DNA from: a bacterium
Lineage (GTDB): Bacteria; UBA8248; JACPRG01; G963555815
Direction of reading: 5' to 3'
Length of the DNA stretch: 64,000 nt
NCBI GenBank assembly: GCA_965261595.1
Contig: CBDHDG010000006.1
Coordinates: forward strand, 928,001-992,000
In this document: in pieces, positions 50,722 through 60,770 of the stretch
Numbering within the stretch: the stretch's first letter is position 1
How the letters are laid out: the number at the start of each line of letters is the position of its first letter
Notes under the pieces: generated by a model
What the model was told of the DNA's origin: nothing
Databases searched by the model: none
Seen by the model: only the letters and a program-made list of their open reading frames with translations
Translations under genes and position numbers: made by a program

Positions 50722-51150
50722 ATGAAGAATTGCCCGGAGGTTCCTATGGAATCCTTGACGATCGAAAAGGTCGCCCGCGGGGCGGGTGTGAACGTCGAGA
50801 CGGTTCGCTACTACGAGCGCAGGGGGCTGATCGAGCGGCCAACCAGCCGGCGGGGGGCTTACCGGGTCTATCCGTCCGAGACCGTCGGCCGCATCCTGAG
50901 CATCAAGCGCGCCCAGCGGCTCGGGTTCTCCCTGGATGAGATCAAAGAGCTGTTGGCCATGCGATCGGACGCCCGGGCCCGGTGCGGCGACGTGCGCGTC
51001 CAGGCCGAGCGGAAGATGGCCGAGATTGAGGAGAAGATCAAGGCCCTGCGGGCCGTGAAGAAATCGCTCGGCAAGCTCGCCGACGCCTGCCGGAGGGAGC
51101 TGCCTGTGACGGAGTGCCCGATTCTGAAAAACCTGAGCGGGGTTTCCTGA
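50722..51150 (+). CDS. merR: Hg(II)-responsive MerR-type regulator
   Basis: VNVETVRYYERRGL HTH; three Cys (ARCGD, DAC...ECPI) spaced like MerR C82/C117/C126. Confidence 0.88.
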   Translation: MKNCPEVPMESLTIEKVARGAGVNVETVRYYERRGLIERPTSRRGAYRVYPSETVGRILSIKRAQRLGFSLDEIKELLAMRSDARARCGDVRVQAERKMAEIEEKIKALRAVKKSLGKLADACRRELPVTECPILKNLSGVS

Positions 51151-51237
51151 AGGTGAGGTGAATCGCTCCCGCCCTCAGGACCCCGTCGCGTCTCCGGCCC
51201 CCCGGCGGCCCGGCCCCCCGGTCGCCCCGCCGCCGAG

Positions 51238-51456
51238 TCAGGATTCTTCACCTTTGGGCAGGAACTGAATCGTCAGAATTTCTCTGTCTTGGCCCGAAAA
51301 TGGGCCGTATCTGTCCACGTAGGGCCTGAGGGGGAAAAAGATGGATTTCCGGCCTTCACATCGGGGTTTCGAGTCGGCAGAATGACCATCCCGGCACGGG
51401 ATCACCTTGATATGGGCCACGAGGGTCCTGATCCAGCGATTTGCCTGTGCCTTCAT
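51238..51456 (-). CDS. Small hypothetical protein (72 aa) downstream of the riboswitch
   Basis: AAAGGAGG RBS; MKAQANRWIRTLVAHIKVIPC... Confidence 0.55.
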   Translation of the reverse strand: MKAQANRWIRTLVAHIKVIPCRDGHSADSKPRCEGRKSIFFPLRPYVDRYGPFSGQDREILTIQFLPKGEES

Positions 51457-51514
51457 TGGGTCCTTCCTCCTTTGCACTCCGGTGGTCGGAGAGGAAGTCC
51501 GCCCCTCTCCTCAT

Positions 51515-51610
51515 TCTTCGGCGGGCCGGCTGTCTGGGGGGGAGATGATTTCAGACCCAGACCCGTGCCTTTGCGTCCCGGCCTCTCGACCGGTTTGCCC
51601 TTATCGAAAC
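51515..51610 (-). ncRNA. Cyclic di-GMP-I (GEMM) riboswitch
   Basis: Minus strand TTCGATAAGGGCAAACCGGTCGAGAGGCCGGGACGCAAAGGCACGGGTCTGG...CCAGACAGCCGGCCCGCCGAA matches the GEMM pattern GGCAAACC-GNRA-GGGACGCAAAG...GCCGAA. Confidence 0.85.
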
Positions 51611-51781
51611 AAGGGTCACTCAATTCCGCAGGTGCGAATCCTTTCGAGGAATCACGAAAATAATCTATCCATACGATACTTATCGGCGGGAAGGGCGACG
51701 GGCTTTAGCCCGAAATTCCAATCCAAGGAAGGGGCGAACCCTATTTCACCATTTCGGCGATCACGCGGATCGGGTCCGCCT

Positions 51782-53821
51782 TCAACGCTTCCGCGAACCT
51801 TCGCCGAACAGCCGGCCGGCGGCCTCGGCCAGGCCTTCCACCTCGTCCACGACGGGCCAGGGAGGGAGCCCTTCCAGGAAAATCCGGCCGTAGGGCCGCG
51901 TGTGAAGCCTGGAGTCCAGGACGGCGAGGAGGCCCCGATCCTCCCGGCTTCGAATCAGACGCCCCAGCCCCTGTTTCAAGGCGAGAACGGCCCGGGGAAC
52001 CTGGTAGGTCAGGAAGGCGTTCTCCCCCTCGGCGCCGATAGCCTCAGAGCGGGCCTCGACCAGCGGGTCCCCCGGACTGGGGAAGGGGAGTTTATCGATA
52101 ATGACGCAGCTCAGGGCGTCCCCTTGAACGTCCACGCCCTGCCAGAAGCTGGCCGTCGCGAAGAGGACCGAGGTCCGATCCCGCCGGAACTCGTCCAGAA
52201 GACGGGCCCGGGGGGCCTCGCCCTGGATCAGCACCCGGTGCGGAATCCGGTCCTTCAGCCGCCCGTGAACCGTTCTTAAATTCCGGTAGCTGGTGAAGAG
52301 CACGAAGGCCCGGCCCTCGCAAATCTCCAGGAGCAATTCGATGTGGGGGCAGATGGCGTCGATCCATTCCCGGGTGTTGGGCCGGGCGGAAATCCGGGGA
52401 ACAAACAGGGCCGCCTGGCGTGCGTGATCGAAGGGGGAAGGCAGGAGAATCTCGCCCGCTCCGTCCAGCCCGAGACGCTCCCGGATGAAGCGAAACGAGT
52501 CCCCGGAGCTCAGGGTGGCCGAGGTCAGGACCACCCCCTGTACGCGCTCGAACAACTCCTCCCGCAACACCCCGCTCACGTCGATGGGCGACGCCGTCAC
52601 GGCCACGCCCCGCCCCCGGGTCTGAACCCAGGAGATGTACGCGCTGTCTTCCATCCTGAGGATGAATTCGATCTCGCCCGCGATCTCCTGGGCGCGCCGG
52701 GAGACGGTCTTCAGGCCCTCGCTCCGGGCGCTGTCCGCCGCGCGCGCGAGCGCTTTCAGTCCGGCCGTCAAAGCGTTCGCGGCCTCCGACAGGACCCGCG
52801 TCACATCCTCCGGGCGGAGACGGCGGCGCTCGCCGGAATCCTCCCGGGGCCGCTTTTCTTCCGTGCTCCCCTTCCTTCCGCCGGGACGGTCTTTTCCGGC
52901 CTCCCGAAAGAGCGGCCCCGTCCCCGGCAGGGCGGAGAAAAACGCGTCGGAGGATTTCGCCACCCCGGCCAGGGTGTTCGTGATGTCGTCTTCCCCTTTC
53001 CCGGTCGCCGCCCGCAGGGTGTCGCGCGCGAGGTCTTCGATGCGGCCCCGGCTGACGGTGGTCCCGAAGTAGTCCGTGGCGACGTCCTCCAGGCTGTGCG
53101 CCTCGTCGAAAATGACGGCGGCGTAAGTGGGCAGAATGCCGCCCGAAAATCCGTCGCCGCCGTGCAGCCGGAGGTTGAGGTCCGAGAAGAACAGGTGGTG
53201 GTTAACGACGACCACGTCCGAGGCGGCCGCCCGTTGCCGGGCCCGCTGGATGAACGGCTCCCCGAACTCGGCGCAAAAGCCCGGATTGCACGCCTCGGCG
53301 GAGCAGCAGAGGTCCCGCCAGACGGTGTAGTCCTCGGGCACGCCCTCCGCTTCCGCGATGTCCCCGGTCGCCGTCTTCCCGGCCCAGTCCCGGACCTTGT
53401 CAAAAAGCGCGGCATCCTCGCGGGAGCGGAGCGCCGGCTCCTCGAGGAATTCCCGGTAGCGCCGGGGACAGAGGTAGTTGTGCCGTCCCTTGAGGACGCA
53501 GACCCGGAAGGTGTGGCCGAGGGCCTTCTCGAGTATTCGGAGGTCTTTGTGAAGGATCTGGTCCTGAAGGTTTCGGGTCCCGGTGGAGATGACAACGCGG
53601 CGGCCCAACAGGACGGCGGGTCCGAGATAGGCCAGCGTCTTGCCCGTTCCGGTCCCTGCTTCGACCAGGAGCTTTCCGCCGTCTTGAAGGACGTCGGCCA
53701 CCGCCGCGGCCATTTCGACCTGGGAGGGGCGGTGCTCGTACTCCGGCAGGGACTTGGCGAGGCGGCCCCCGGGTCCGAACAGCTCTTCGGCCAGGCGCTC
53801 GCCGTGTGTGGGTTCAGTCAT
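51782..53821 (-). CDS. DinG/YoaA-family ATP-dependent DNA helicase
   Basis: EAGTGTGKTLAY, KGRHNYLC, VNHHL, DEAH, TSATL and QGLGRLIR motifs. Confidence 0.93.
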   Translation of the reverse strand: MTEPTHGERLAEELFGPGGRLAKSLPEYEHRPSQVEMAAAVADVLQDGGKLLVEAGTGTGKTLAYLGPAVLLGRRVVISTGTRNLQDQILHKDLRILEKALGHTFRVCVLKGRHNYLCPRRYREFLEEPALRSREDAALFDKVRDWAGKTATGDIAEAEGVPEDYTVWRDLCCSAEACNPGFCAEFGEPFIQRARQRAAASDVVVVNHHLFFSDLNLRLHGGDGFSGGILPTYAAVIFDEAHSLEDVATDYFGTTVSRGRIEDLARDTLRAATGKGEDDITNTLAGVAKSSDAFFSALPGTGPLFREAGKDRPGGRKGSTEEKRPREDSGERRRLRPEDVTRVLSEAANALTAGLKALARAADSARSEGLKTVSRRAQEIAGEIEFILRMEDSAYISWVQTRGRGVAVTASPIDVSGVLREELFERVQGVVLTSATLSSGDSFRFIRERLGLDGAGEILLPSPFDHARQAALFVPRISARPNTREWIDAICPHIELLLEICEGRAFVLFTSYRNLRTVHGRLKDRIPHRVLIQGEAPRARLLDEFRRDRTSVLFATASFWQGVDVQGDALSCVIIDKLPFPSPGDPLVEARSEAIGAEGENAFLTYQVPRAVLALKQGLGRLIRSREDRGLLAVLDSRLHTRPYGRIFLEGLPPWPVVDEVEGLAEAAGRLFGEGSRKR

Positions 53822-54266
53822 CGCCCCGAGGTCGTGAGGCGGACGGGCTTTCTTCCGGCCGGGTCTCCGGCTTCAGGAAGACGGCCGTGGGCGCGTTTCG
53901 CCGCGTTGCTCCTTTGCATTTCGCCGCCGCCGTCGCGGGGCGGGAATCTCAACCGCTGAAAATGGGAATGACGCCGTTTGCTCACTGGATTCCGCACGCT
54001 CCGCCGAACTGAATCCTTGCCCGGCCGGCTTGTTGATCGCCGCCTCGGGAGCGACCGCCGACCGGGCCGCCCGAGGCCGACCTGAGGCTCAAAAGGATAC
54101 CCGCAATCATCGGCAAAAGCACGGAGGCGAAGCCGGGCGGAGGGATGGAAACTTCTACACCGATGCCGCATCAAGCTCGCGACAGGAGCCCGCAAAGGAA
54201 ATCGAGAGGGGGTTGATTTGGAAATCCGTAGCGAGGACAGCCACCTTGGGGATTTTCAGCGCCGGG

Positions 54267-54422
54267 CTAATCCGTGTCTCGGAGATAACTTCACAAACTC
54301 CGAACTTCCTCAAAGAAGGGTGCCACTGGCGGCTTGCCCGCCAGTGCTTCATTTTTTGGGAAATCCAAAGGGCATCCTGGCACCTGCTACTTATTGAAAG
54401 CATTTCTGAGACCCGACACTAG
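54267..54422. mobile_element. Degenerate MITE related to the 9880-10063 element
   Basis: Right end GAGACCCGACACTAG, left end CTAATCCGTGTCTC, internal palindrome CACTGGCGG-CTTGC-CCGCCAGTG. Confidence 0.45.
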
Positions 54423-55557
54423 GAGTTTTGAATGGTCTCGACAGCCCAATTGAATGTTTCGAGAAATTGATCAAGACGGTTCTCGTCCCTCAGCACAGAT
54501 AATATGATGGAAGGACGTTTGGTAATTCGGTTCTCTGGAATATCTACACCCGGAGTCTGATTTAGCCGGTCCCGTAGACTCAGCCGGTTGGATTCTATGC
54601 TGAATGGTTTCTTTTCTTTCATTATCTGAAATTGAACCTCGATGGTCCCATAAGTCCACACAGAAATTAAAGAATGGGTTATTCCTTTATGATGCAGTAA
54701 TAGAAAAAATGACCCCGATCGGTTTCCTTTTCCCCACCATATTTGAAGGTTCTTGTCTATTGCCCAGTTCAAAATTCTTCTTGTAACCTGCGCATCCTGT
54801 TCACCCTTTCTATTGAGAAGTTCATCAAAGAAGGGTTTTTCATCCCATTGTTTTTCAGCTCGGGTTCTACCAGACCTCCTTTGCTGTGCCTCGGCGGTCT
54901 GCCCCATAACTCGGGGACCAGGGTTTTTAATCCTTCGCTTATGTATTGCCGAATCTCAACAGCCAAGACCTCTGCCGGGTCCATTTGAGAATTCAAGAAT
55001 TCCACTATGCGACGAAGCTCCCCCGGAATTTCATCAGCGACGAAGACTAGGCGCACCCTGCCCGCCTGTAGGTTGGTTTTTACGGTTTGCCAAAACATCT
55101 GGAGATCCCCATCTGTGCCTAAAAACTCCTTCAGAATTCCGTCCGGATTATAGCCATGTGTTTCGCACCTTGTTTCGAACTTTGCTTGAATCGTTTCGAC
55201 AGGCCAATAGACAACGGCATTAGCTGCGTAGTCGAGCATTTGACCAATGACTTCCCGTCGAATCCGTGTATCGGAGCTTCGCTTGACCTCTACCAAGGTA
55301 GGAATTGCATCTTGATCGAGAAACAAATGATCGACGGACCAGCGCTCTCTCCCTTCTTCCTCCGATGCCAAGCCGGCTTCACGCGAAACCAACAACCATT
55401 TTCTGGGCTCATCGCTGTCAATTTGGTCACCCGCCAAAAGGTCAGGATATTTCTCAAGGAGTTCCTGAAGCAATTCCTCCGAATCGTAAGGCTGCTCCTT
55501 CATCTCAACAAGTCGACCATCATCCTGGATCAAGAAAATTCCCCCGCCCATGCCCAT
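54419..55557 (-). CDS. PD-(D/E)XK nuclease-like protein (NucS-like N-terminus), frameshift at ~54915
   Basis: EELLQELL...VDHLFLD...LVEVKR...GQMLDYA; one extra C joins LVP to RVMGQTAEAQ; lower GC. Confidence 0.7.
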
Positions 55558-55585
55558 GCCCTTCCCATTGGGACTAACACGAAAA

Positions 55586-57220
55586 CTAATGCCGGAAATG
55601 CCGCATCCCGGTCAGGACCATGGCGACGCCCGCCTCGTCGGCGGCCGCAATCACCTCCTGGTCCCGCTTCGATCCCCCCGGCTGCACGATGGCCGCGACC
55701 CCCGCCTCGGCCGCGGCGTCCACGCCGTCGCGGAAGGGGAAGAAGGCGTCCGAGGCCAGGACCGACCCCGGAAGCGCTTCGCCGCGACCCGCCTCGCGCG
55801 CCTTCCACACCGCAAGCTTGACCGAATCCACCCGGCTCATCTGCCCCGCCCCGACACCGAGGGTCACCATCCCGCCTTCCAGACCCGCCGGGCCCGCAAT
55901 CAGGATGGCGTTGGATTTGACGTGCTTCACCACCCGCCAGGCGAACGCCAGCAGCTCGAACTCCAGAACCGTGGGCTTGCGCTTCGTCGGGATCTCGCAG
56001 GATCCCAGGTTGAACCGGAACCGGTCCGCCTGCTGGACGAGCACCCCGCCGGGGACGGACCGGATGTCGAGCTCCGGCTCTCCCGCCGCGCCGGAGGCCA
56101 ACGCGGGCCATCTCAGGACGCGCAGGTCCTTTTTCTTTTTCAGCGTTCCCAGGGCCTCGTCCGCAAAATCCGGCGCGGCGAGGACTTCCAGGAATCGGCC
56201 GGCAAGGATTTCCGCCGACTCCCCGTCGAGGGGCCGGTTCAAGACGACGATGCCCCCGAAGGCGGACATCCTGTCCGCGTCGAAGGCCGCCGCGAGCGTT
56301 TCGGCCGGGCGCGCCCCTTCTCCTTCTCCCTCCCCCCCCCCTCCCCCCCCGGCGGCGACGCCGCACGGGTTGCTGTGCTTGACGACCACCGCGGCGGTCT
56401 CGGTGAACTCCAGGGCCATCGCCGCGGCCGCGCCCAGGTCCAGAAGGTTGTTGTACGAGAGCTCCTTGCCCTGGAGCTTCTCCGCGTCGAGAACCGAGAA
56501 ACCGGCCGGCAGGGCCGAGCGGTAGAGGGCGGCCCGCTGGTGAGGGTTCTCACCGTAGCGCAGGTCCAGGACCCGATCGAGACCGAGGGGCAGAAACGGG
56601 GGGAGGTCGGCCTCGGCGTCCCCATTCGACTCCCGGACTTGCCCGACGGATTGAAGGTGCTGGCTGATGGCCCCGTCGTACCCGGCCGTGTGGAGGAAGA
56701 CCTTGACCGCCAGCCGCCGCCGGACGTCATCGGGCACGTCCTCCATCAGGTCGAGGTATTTCAGGATCTCCGGATAGTCGCCGGGGTCGGACAGGACGAC
56801 GACCCGCTGGAAGTTCTTGGCCGCCGCCCGCAGGAGGGAGACGCCGCCGATGTCGATGTTCTCCAGGGCGTCCTCGAGCGTCACGTCCGGCGCGGCGACG
56901 GTCTCTCGAAAGGGGTACAGGTTCACGGCCACCAGGTCGATGACCGGCACGTCCGATCCGGGCGCTTCGGGCTCGGCCGACCGCCGGTGGAGGATGCCGC
57001 CGAAGATCCGCGGGTGGAGGGTCTTGACCCTTCCGCCGAGAATCTCCCCCTGGCCGGTGTATTCGGAAACGGACGTGACCCGGACGCCGATTTCTTCCAG
57101 GAGCCGGGCGGTCCCGCCGGTCGAGAGGATCTCGACGTCCCGCGCGGACAGGGCCTCCGCCAACTCACGGACGCCGGATTTGTCGTAGACGCTGATGAGG
57201 GCGCGGCGAATGGCGGGCAT
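55586..57220 (-). CDS. purH: Bifunctional AICAR transformylase / IMP cyclohydrolase
   Basis: RALISVYDK, GRVKTLHP, RYGENPHQ, KHSNPCG, SDAFFPF and RHFRH motifs. Confidence 0.97.
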   Translation of the reverse strand: MPAIRRALISVYDKSGVRELAEALSARDVEILSTGGTARLLEEIGVRVTSVSEYTGQGEILGGRVKTLHPRIFGGILHRRSAEPEAPGSDVPVIDLVAVNLYPFRETVAAPDVTLEDALENIDIGGVSLLRAAAKNFQRVVVLSDPGDYPEILKYLDLMEDVPDDVRRRLAVKVFLHTAGYDGAISQHLQSVGQVRESNGDAEADLPPFLPLGLDRVLDLRYGENPHQRAALYRSALPAGFSVLDAEKLQGKELSYNNLLDLGAAAAMALEFTETAAVVVKHSNPCGVAAGGGGGGEGEGEGARPAETLAAAFDADRMSAFGGIVVLNRPLDGESAEILAGRFLEVLAAPDFADEALGTLKKKKDLRVLRWPALASGAAGEPELDIRSVPGGVLVQQADRFRFNLGSCEIPTKRKPTVLEFELLAFAWRVVKHVKSNAILIAGPAGLEGGMVTLGVGAGQMSRVDSVKLAVWKAREAGRGEALPGSVLASDAFFPFRDGVDAAAEAGVAAIVQPGGSKRDQEVIAAADEAGVAMVLTGMRHFRH

Positions 57221-57377
57221 TTCGGCTCTCTAAGGTGTATGGCTTCCGAGAAACGGGACTCGGCGGGACAACGCCGGGAAGGGGGTCTCCGACCCTAGGG
57301 GGTCCTCCGACTCTATGAGTCCTCCGATCCCAATGGCCCGGCCTGCCGGAAATCCCGGGTCCGCGTCTGGCGCCGCT

Positions 57378-58163
57378 TCACTTCCCTTTGAACTCGGGCG
57401 GCCGCTTCTCCAGGAACGCCCGGACGCCTTCCTTGAAATCCTCGCTCTGGAACCCCCGGATGCGGAGGGCGTGGATGGCCCGCTCCGCTTCTGCCGAAGC
57501 GCCTTCCAGGGAGGTCTGGACGGCGCGCTTGGCCCCCTGGACGGTCAGGGGGGCGTTGCGGGCGACCTTCTCCGCCAAGTCGTTCGTGAACTCCGACAGC
57601 TCGGAGGCCGGAAGGACGTGATTCACCAGACCGACGCGCAGGGCCTCCGGCGCTTCCACCGGCCGGCCCGTCATGAGGAGATCCTTGGCCGTCGCCGCCC
57701 CGACCAGATGGACCAGCCGCCGGGTGCTGGGGAGGCTATAGACGACCCCCAGTTTTCCGGCGGGAACGCCCATCCTGAGCGTATCGGCCGCTATCCGGAG
57801 GTCGCACGCGGTGGCAAGGCCGCAGCCTCCCCCCATGGCGAACCCGTAAATCATGGCGATCACCGGCTTGGACGCGGCCTCGACGCCGCTGAGGGCCCCC
57901 TCGTAGGCGGCGCTGTGGTCCATCGCCCCTTCCGGGGTGGACATGGTGGCCTCGAACTCGCTGATGTCGGCCCCGGAGGCGAAGGCCTTCTCGCCCGCCC
58001 CGCGCACAACGATCACCCGGACCTCCGGGTCTTCATCCAGGGCCTTCATCCGGTCCGGCAGGTCCCGCCACATGGACAGAGAGATCGCGTTGCGGACGCC
58101 GGGGCGGTTGATAGTCAATGTCGCGACCGGTCCGTCGCGTGAAACCAGGAAGTCGTCGCTCAT
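57378..58163 (-). CDS. Enoyl-CoA hydratase/isomerase family protein
   Basis: AFASGADI, AMGGGCGLATACDLR and EGVRAFLEKR motifs. Confidence 0.92.
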   Translation of the reverse strand: MSDDFLVSRDGPVATLTINRPGVRNAISLSMWRDLPDRMKALDEDPEVRVIVVRGAGEKAFASGADISEFEATMSTPEGAMDHSAAYEGALSGVEAASKPVIAMIYGFAMGGGCGLATACDLRIAADTLRMGVPAGKLGVVYSLPSTRRLVHLVGAATAKDLLMTGRPVEAPEALRVGLVNHVLPASELSEFTNDLAEKVARNAPLTVQGAKRAVQTSLEGASAEAERAIHALRIRGFQSEDFKEGVRAFLEKRPPEFKGK

Positions 58164-58219
58164 CCGCTTGTCATTTCCTGAATCGGCGGCTCGGGCATGG
58201 GAGATGAACGAAGCGCCGC

Positions 58220-59044
58220 TCATTCCTTGAGCTGGTCGTAGAACACCCCCACGCTGATCTTTTGCATGCGCGCGGCGTGCTCGGCGAACCACTTCGGGAC
58301 CTCGAAGCCGTCGGGGTATGGGACTTCTTCCATAACCTCCTCCCGGCTCTTGCCCCCGGCGATGGCGTCCCGCACCCGGAATCGGATGCCCATCAAAATG
58401 TCCCGGGCGTTCAAGGCGAAGCTCGCGTCGCAGACGGGGCCGTGTCCCGGAACGATCACATGGGGGTGGATCTCCTTGTAGATGCGGTTCAGCGTGTCGT
58501 GCCAGCCGTGGATGACCCCCTCGTGGCACATCGGCGGCCACTGATTGACCACGTTGTCCCCGGAGAAGAGGACGTGCGCCTCCGGCAGCCAGACCATGGT
58601 GTGATTGCGGGTGTGGCCGTCGGCGCTGAGGAGCTCGATCCGGCGTCCGCCGACCCGAAGGGTGAACCGGTCGGTGAAGGTAAGGGACGGTGCCCGCATC
58701 GTGAAGCCGGAAAAATCCATTTCGCACTCGGCCCCGACCCGGGGGATGAATTCGCTCAGGTGATCCGGGTAGCGGGCGAACTCGTCTTTGAGGGACGCGT
58801 GGCAGATCATCTCGGCTTCGGAGAAAAACCCGTGCCCGCCGATGTGATCGGGGTGCCCGTGGGTGGGAATGAAATACCGGGGCGTCCCCTGGGAGCGGAC
58901 GAACGCTCCCCAATCCCGGGCTTCGGCCGGGATGAAGGGCGCATCCACCAGAACCACACCGTCGTCGGTGACGATGCATCCGACGTTGGCCAATTCATAA
59001 TCGGTTTGGGTGAATACGCCGGGCGCCACTTCCTCGGGGGGCAT
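58220..59044 (-). CDS. MBL-fold metallo-hydrolase (cyclase-like)
   Basis: THGHPDH, GHT, SGD and PGHG motifs. Confidence 0.9.
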   Translation of the reverse strand: MPPEEVAPGVFTQTDYELANVGCIVTDDGVVLVDAPFIPAEARDWGAFVRSQGTPRYFIPTHGHPDHIGGHGFFSEAEMICHASLKDEFARYPDHLSEFIPRVGAECEMDFSGFTMRAPSLTFTDRFTLRVGGRRIELLSADGHTRNHTMVWLPEAHVLFSGDNVVNQWPPMCHEGVIHGWHDTLNRIYKEIHPHVIVPGHGPVCDASFALNARDILMGIRFRVRDAIAGGKSREEVMEEVPYPDGFEVPKWFAEHAARMQKISVGVFYDQLKE

Positions 59045-59118
59045 GGGTGCTTCCTTTCCAGTTGAAGATTCCGGATATGACCGAACCCGCCGTACCGATT
59101 CGCCGATGACGGTCGGAC

Positions 59119-60006
59119 TCATTCGCCCTTGTTGACGAGCGGTTTTCTCTTCTTCTTGGGCTTCTCTTCCTTGGGGGGCCGGTTCAGGACGTCGTAAATC
59201 CGCCCGATGCTCTTGCCTCCCAGGACCTGGTAAAAGTCGGGGGCTTTCTTCACGATGGGGTCCCACTTGAGAACGTAGTCCTTCATCTCCTGCGCCTGCT
59301 CCTTCGTCTTCCCGCCGTCGACGGCCTTCTGGACCATCGCGACCAGATCCTGGATGTCTTTGCGCAAGACGGCCAACACCGACTTGTCGGAGACCTCGCC
59401 GTGACCGGGGCAGATCACGTTGATGTCCATCCCCTCGATGAAGTCCAGCGTTTCGAGCCACGCGGCGGCCACGCCGGAGTGGAGGAGAGGCGGCCAGTCT
59501 TCCACAACGTTGTCGCCCGGCAGAAAAGCCCGGGCGTCCTCCACGTAGACCATCGCCTGATTCTCGGTGTGGCCGACCCGGTGGATGAGCTGAATCTCTC
59601 GGCCGCCGAGATACAGGGTCATTCGGTCGTTGAAGAGGATGTCCGGCTTGCGGAACTCGAACCCCTCCGCCCGGGCGACACCGTCCGGGTCCGTGGGCTT
59701 GACCCGCTCGAGCCATCCCTCGGGGGTCTCCCCCACCGTCTCGTGGAACCGCTCCAGCGTCCCCTCGTGGGCGACGAACCGGGCGTCCCGGAAGAACCAG
59801 TTCCCCATGATGTGGTCGGCGTGGTGCTCGGTGTTCACCTGGTATCGGATCGGCCCGATCTTTTCCACCTGGGCCCGCCAGTCGAGGGCGTCGGAGGGAT
59901 TTTGCGGGTTGTCCACCAGAACGAGGCCGTCGTCCGTTTTCACGCAGGAGACGTTGCACCCGTAATACTTGATTTCGGAAAAGACCCCGTCGGCGATCTC
60001 TTGCAT
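59119..60006 (-). CDS. MBL-fold metallo-hydrolase (cyclase-like), paralog of the neighbouring gene
   Basis: TEHHADH, GHT, PGD and PGHG motifs. Confidence 0.9.
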   Translation of the reverse strand: MQEIADGVFSEIKYYGCNVSCVKTDDGLVLVDNPQNPSDALDWRAQVEKIGPIRYQVNTEHHADHIMGNWFFRDARFVAHEGTLERFHETVGETPEGWLERVKPTDPDGVARAEGFEFRKPDILFNDRMTLYLGGREIQLIHRVGHTENQAMVYVEDARAFLPGDNVVEDWPPLLHSGVAAAWLETLDFIEGMDINVICPGHGEVSDKSVLAVLRKDIQDLVAMVQKAVDGGKTKEQAQEMKDYVLKWDPIVKKAPDFYQVLGGKSIGRIYDVLNRPPKEEKPKKKRKPLVNKGE

Positions 60007-60188
60007 GTTGTTCCTCCCTGTCGTCCGAGTCGGGCCGCAAGGCGGGTCCGCGCAATGGGCGGGCGCCAAGGAGAGCGATCCGTCAAGGATATCCACGTCC
60101 GCTCAAGGCTTCCGCCCCGCCGGAATCCTCCCAAACGCCCGGATTTTCTCACACGCACATTCCGATGGAAAGGGGTCGCCGGCGGGCG

Positions 60189-60770
60189 TCAGGGGAGCGG
60201 AAGGCGCTCCAAGTAAACCAGGTCAGGGACGGGGGGCTTGTCGCTTTCCAGGAGGATCGCGGCCACCAGGACGCACCGCCCGCCGGCGCGCTCGATCAGC
60301 GCATGGGCGGCGATGAGGGTGCCCCCGGTGGAAACCACGTCATCCACCAAAAGGACGTTCTTGCCGCGAATCCGCTCCACGTCCGGCCCGTCCAGGACGA
60401 GACGCTGCTCGCCCGTGGTGGTGATGCTGGTGTACCGGACCGAGAGGGGGTTCTGCATGTATTCCTTGGAGCCCTTGCGCAGGACAATGTAGCGTTTGTG
60501 CCCCGCGCGCAAGGCCAGGGCCTGAAGCAGGGCGATGCTCTTGGCCTCGGTCCCGACGATGAGGTCGAAAGATAGATCCCGTTTCCTGATCTCCCGGCCG
60601 ATGGCCGCGTACAGAAGATCCGCGCAGACCTCGTTGAGCTCGGTGTCCCCCAGCATAACGAACGAGGCGATGCGCTTCCCCGATGGGAAGGTCACGATCG
60701 GCAGGTCGCGGGAGATCTTTCCGCCAATGGTGAGGGGGTAAGTGTCATGGGTGCGGGGGGCGTGAGCCAT
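60189..60770 (-). CDS. Adenine phosphoribosyltransferase-like type I PRTase
   Basis: TEAKSI, SITT and LLVDDVVSTGGT motifs. Confidence 0.85.
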   Translation of the reverse strand: MAHAPRTHDTYPLTIGGKISRDLPIVTFPSGKRIASFVMLGDTELNEVCADLLYAAIGREIRKRDLSFDLIVGTEAKSIALLQALALRAGHKRYIVLRKGSKEYMQNPLSVRYTSITTTGEQRLVLDGPDVERIRGKNVLLVDDVVSTGGTLIAAHALIERAGGRCVLVAAILLESDKPPVPDLVYLERLPLP

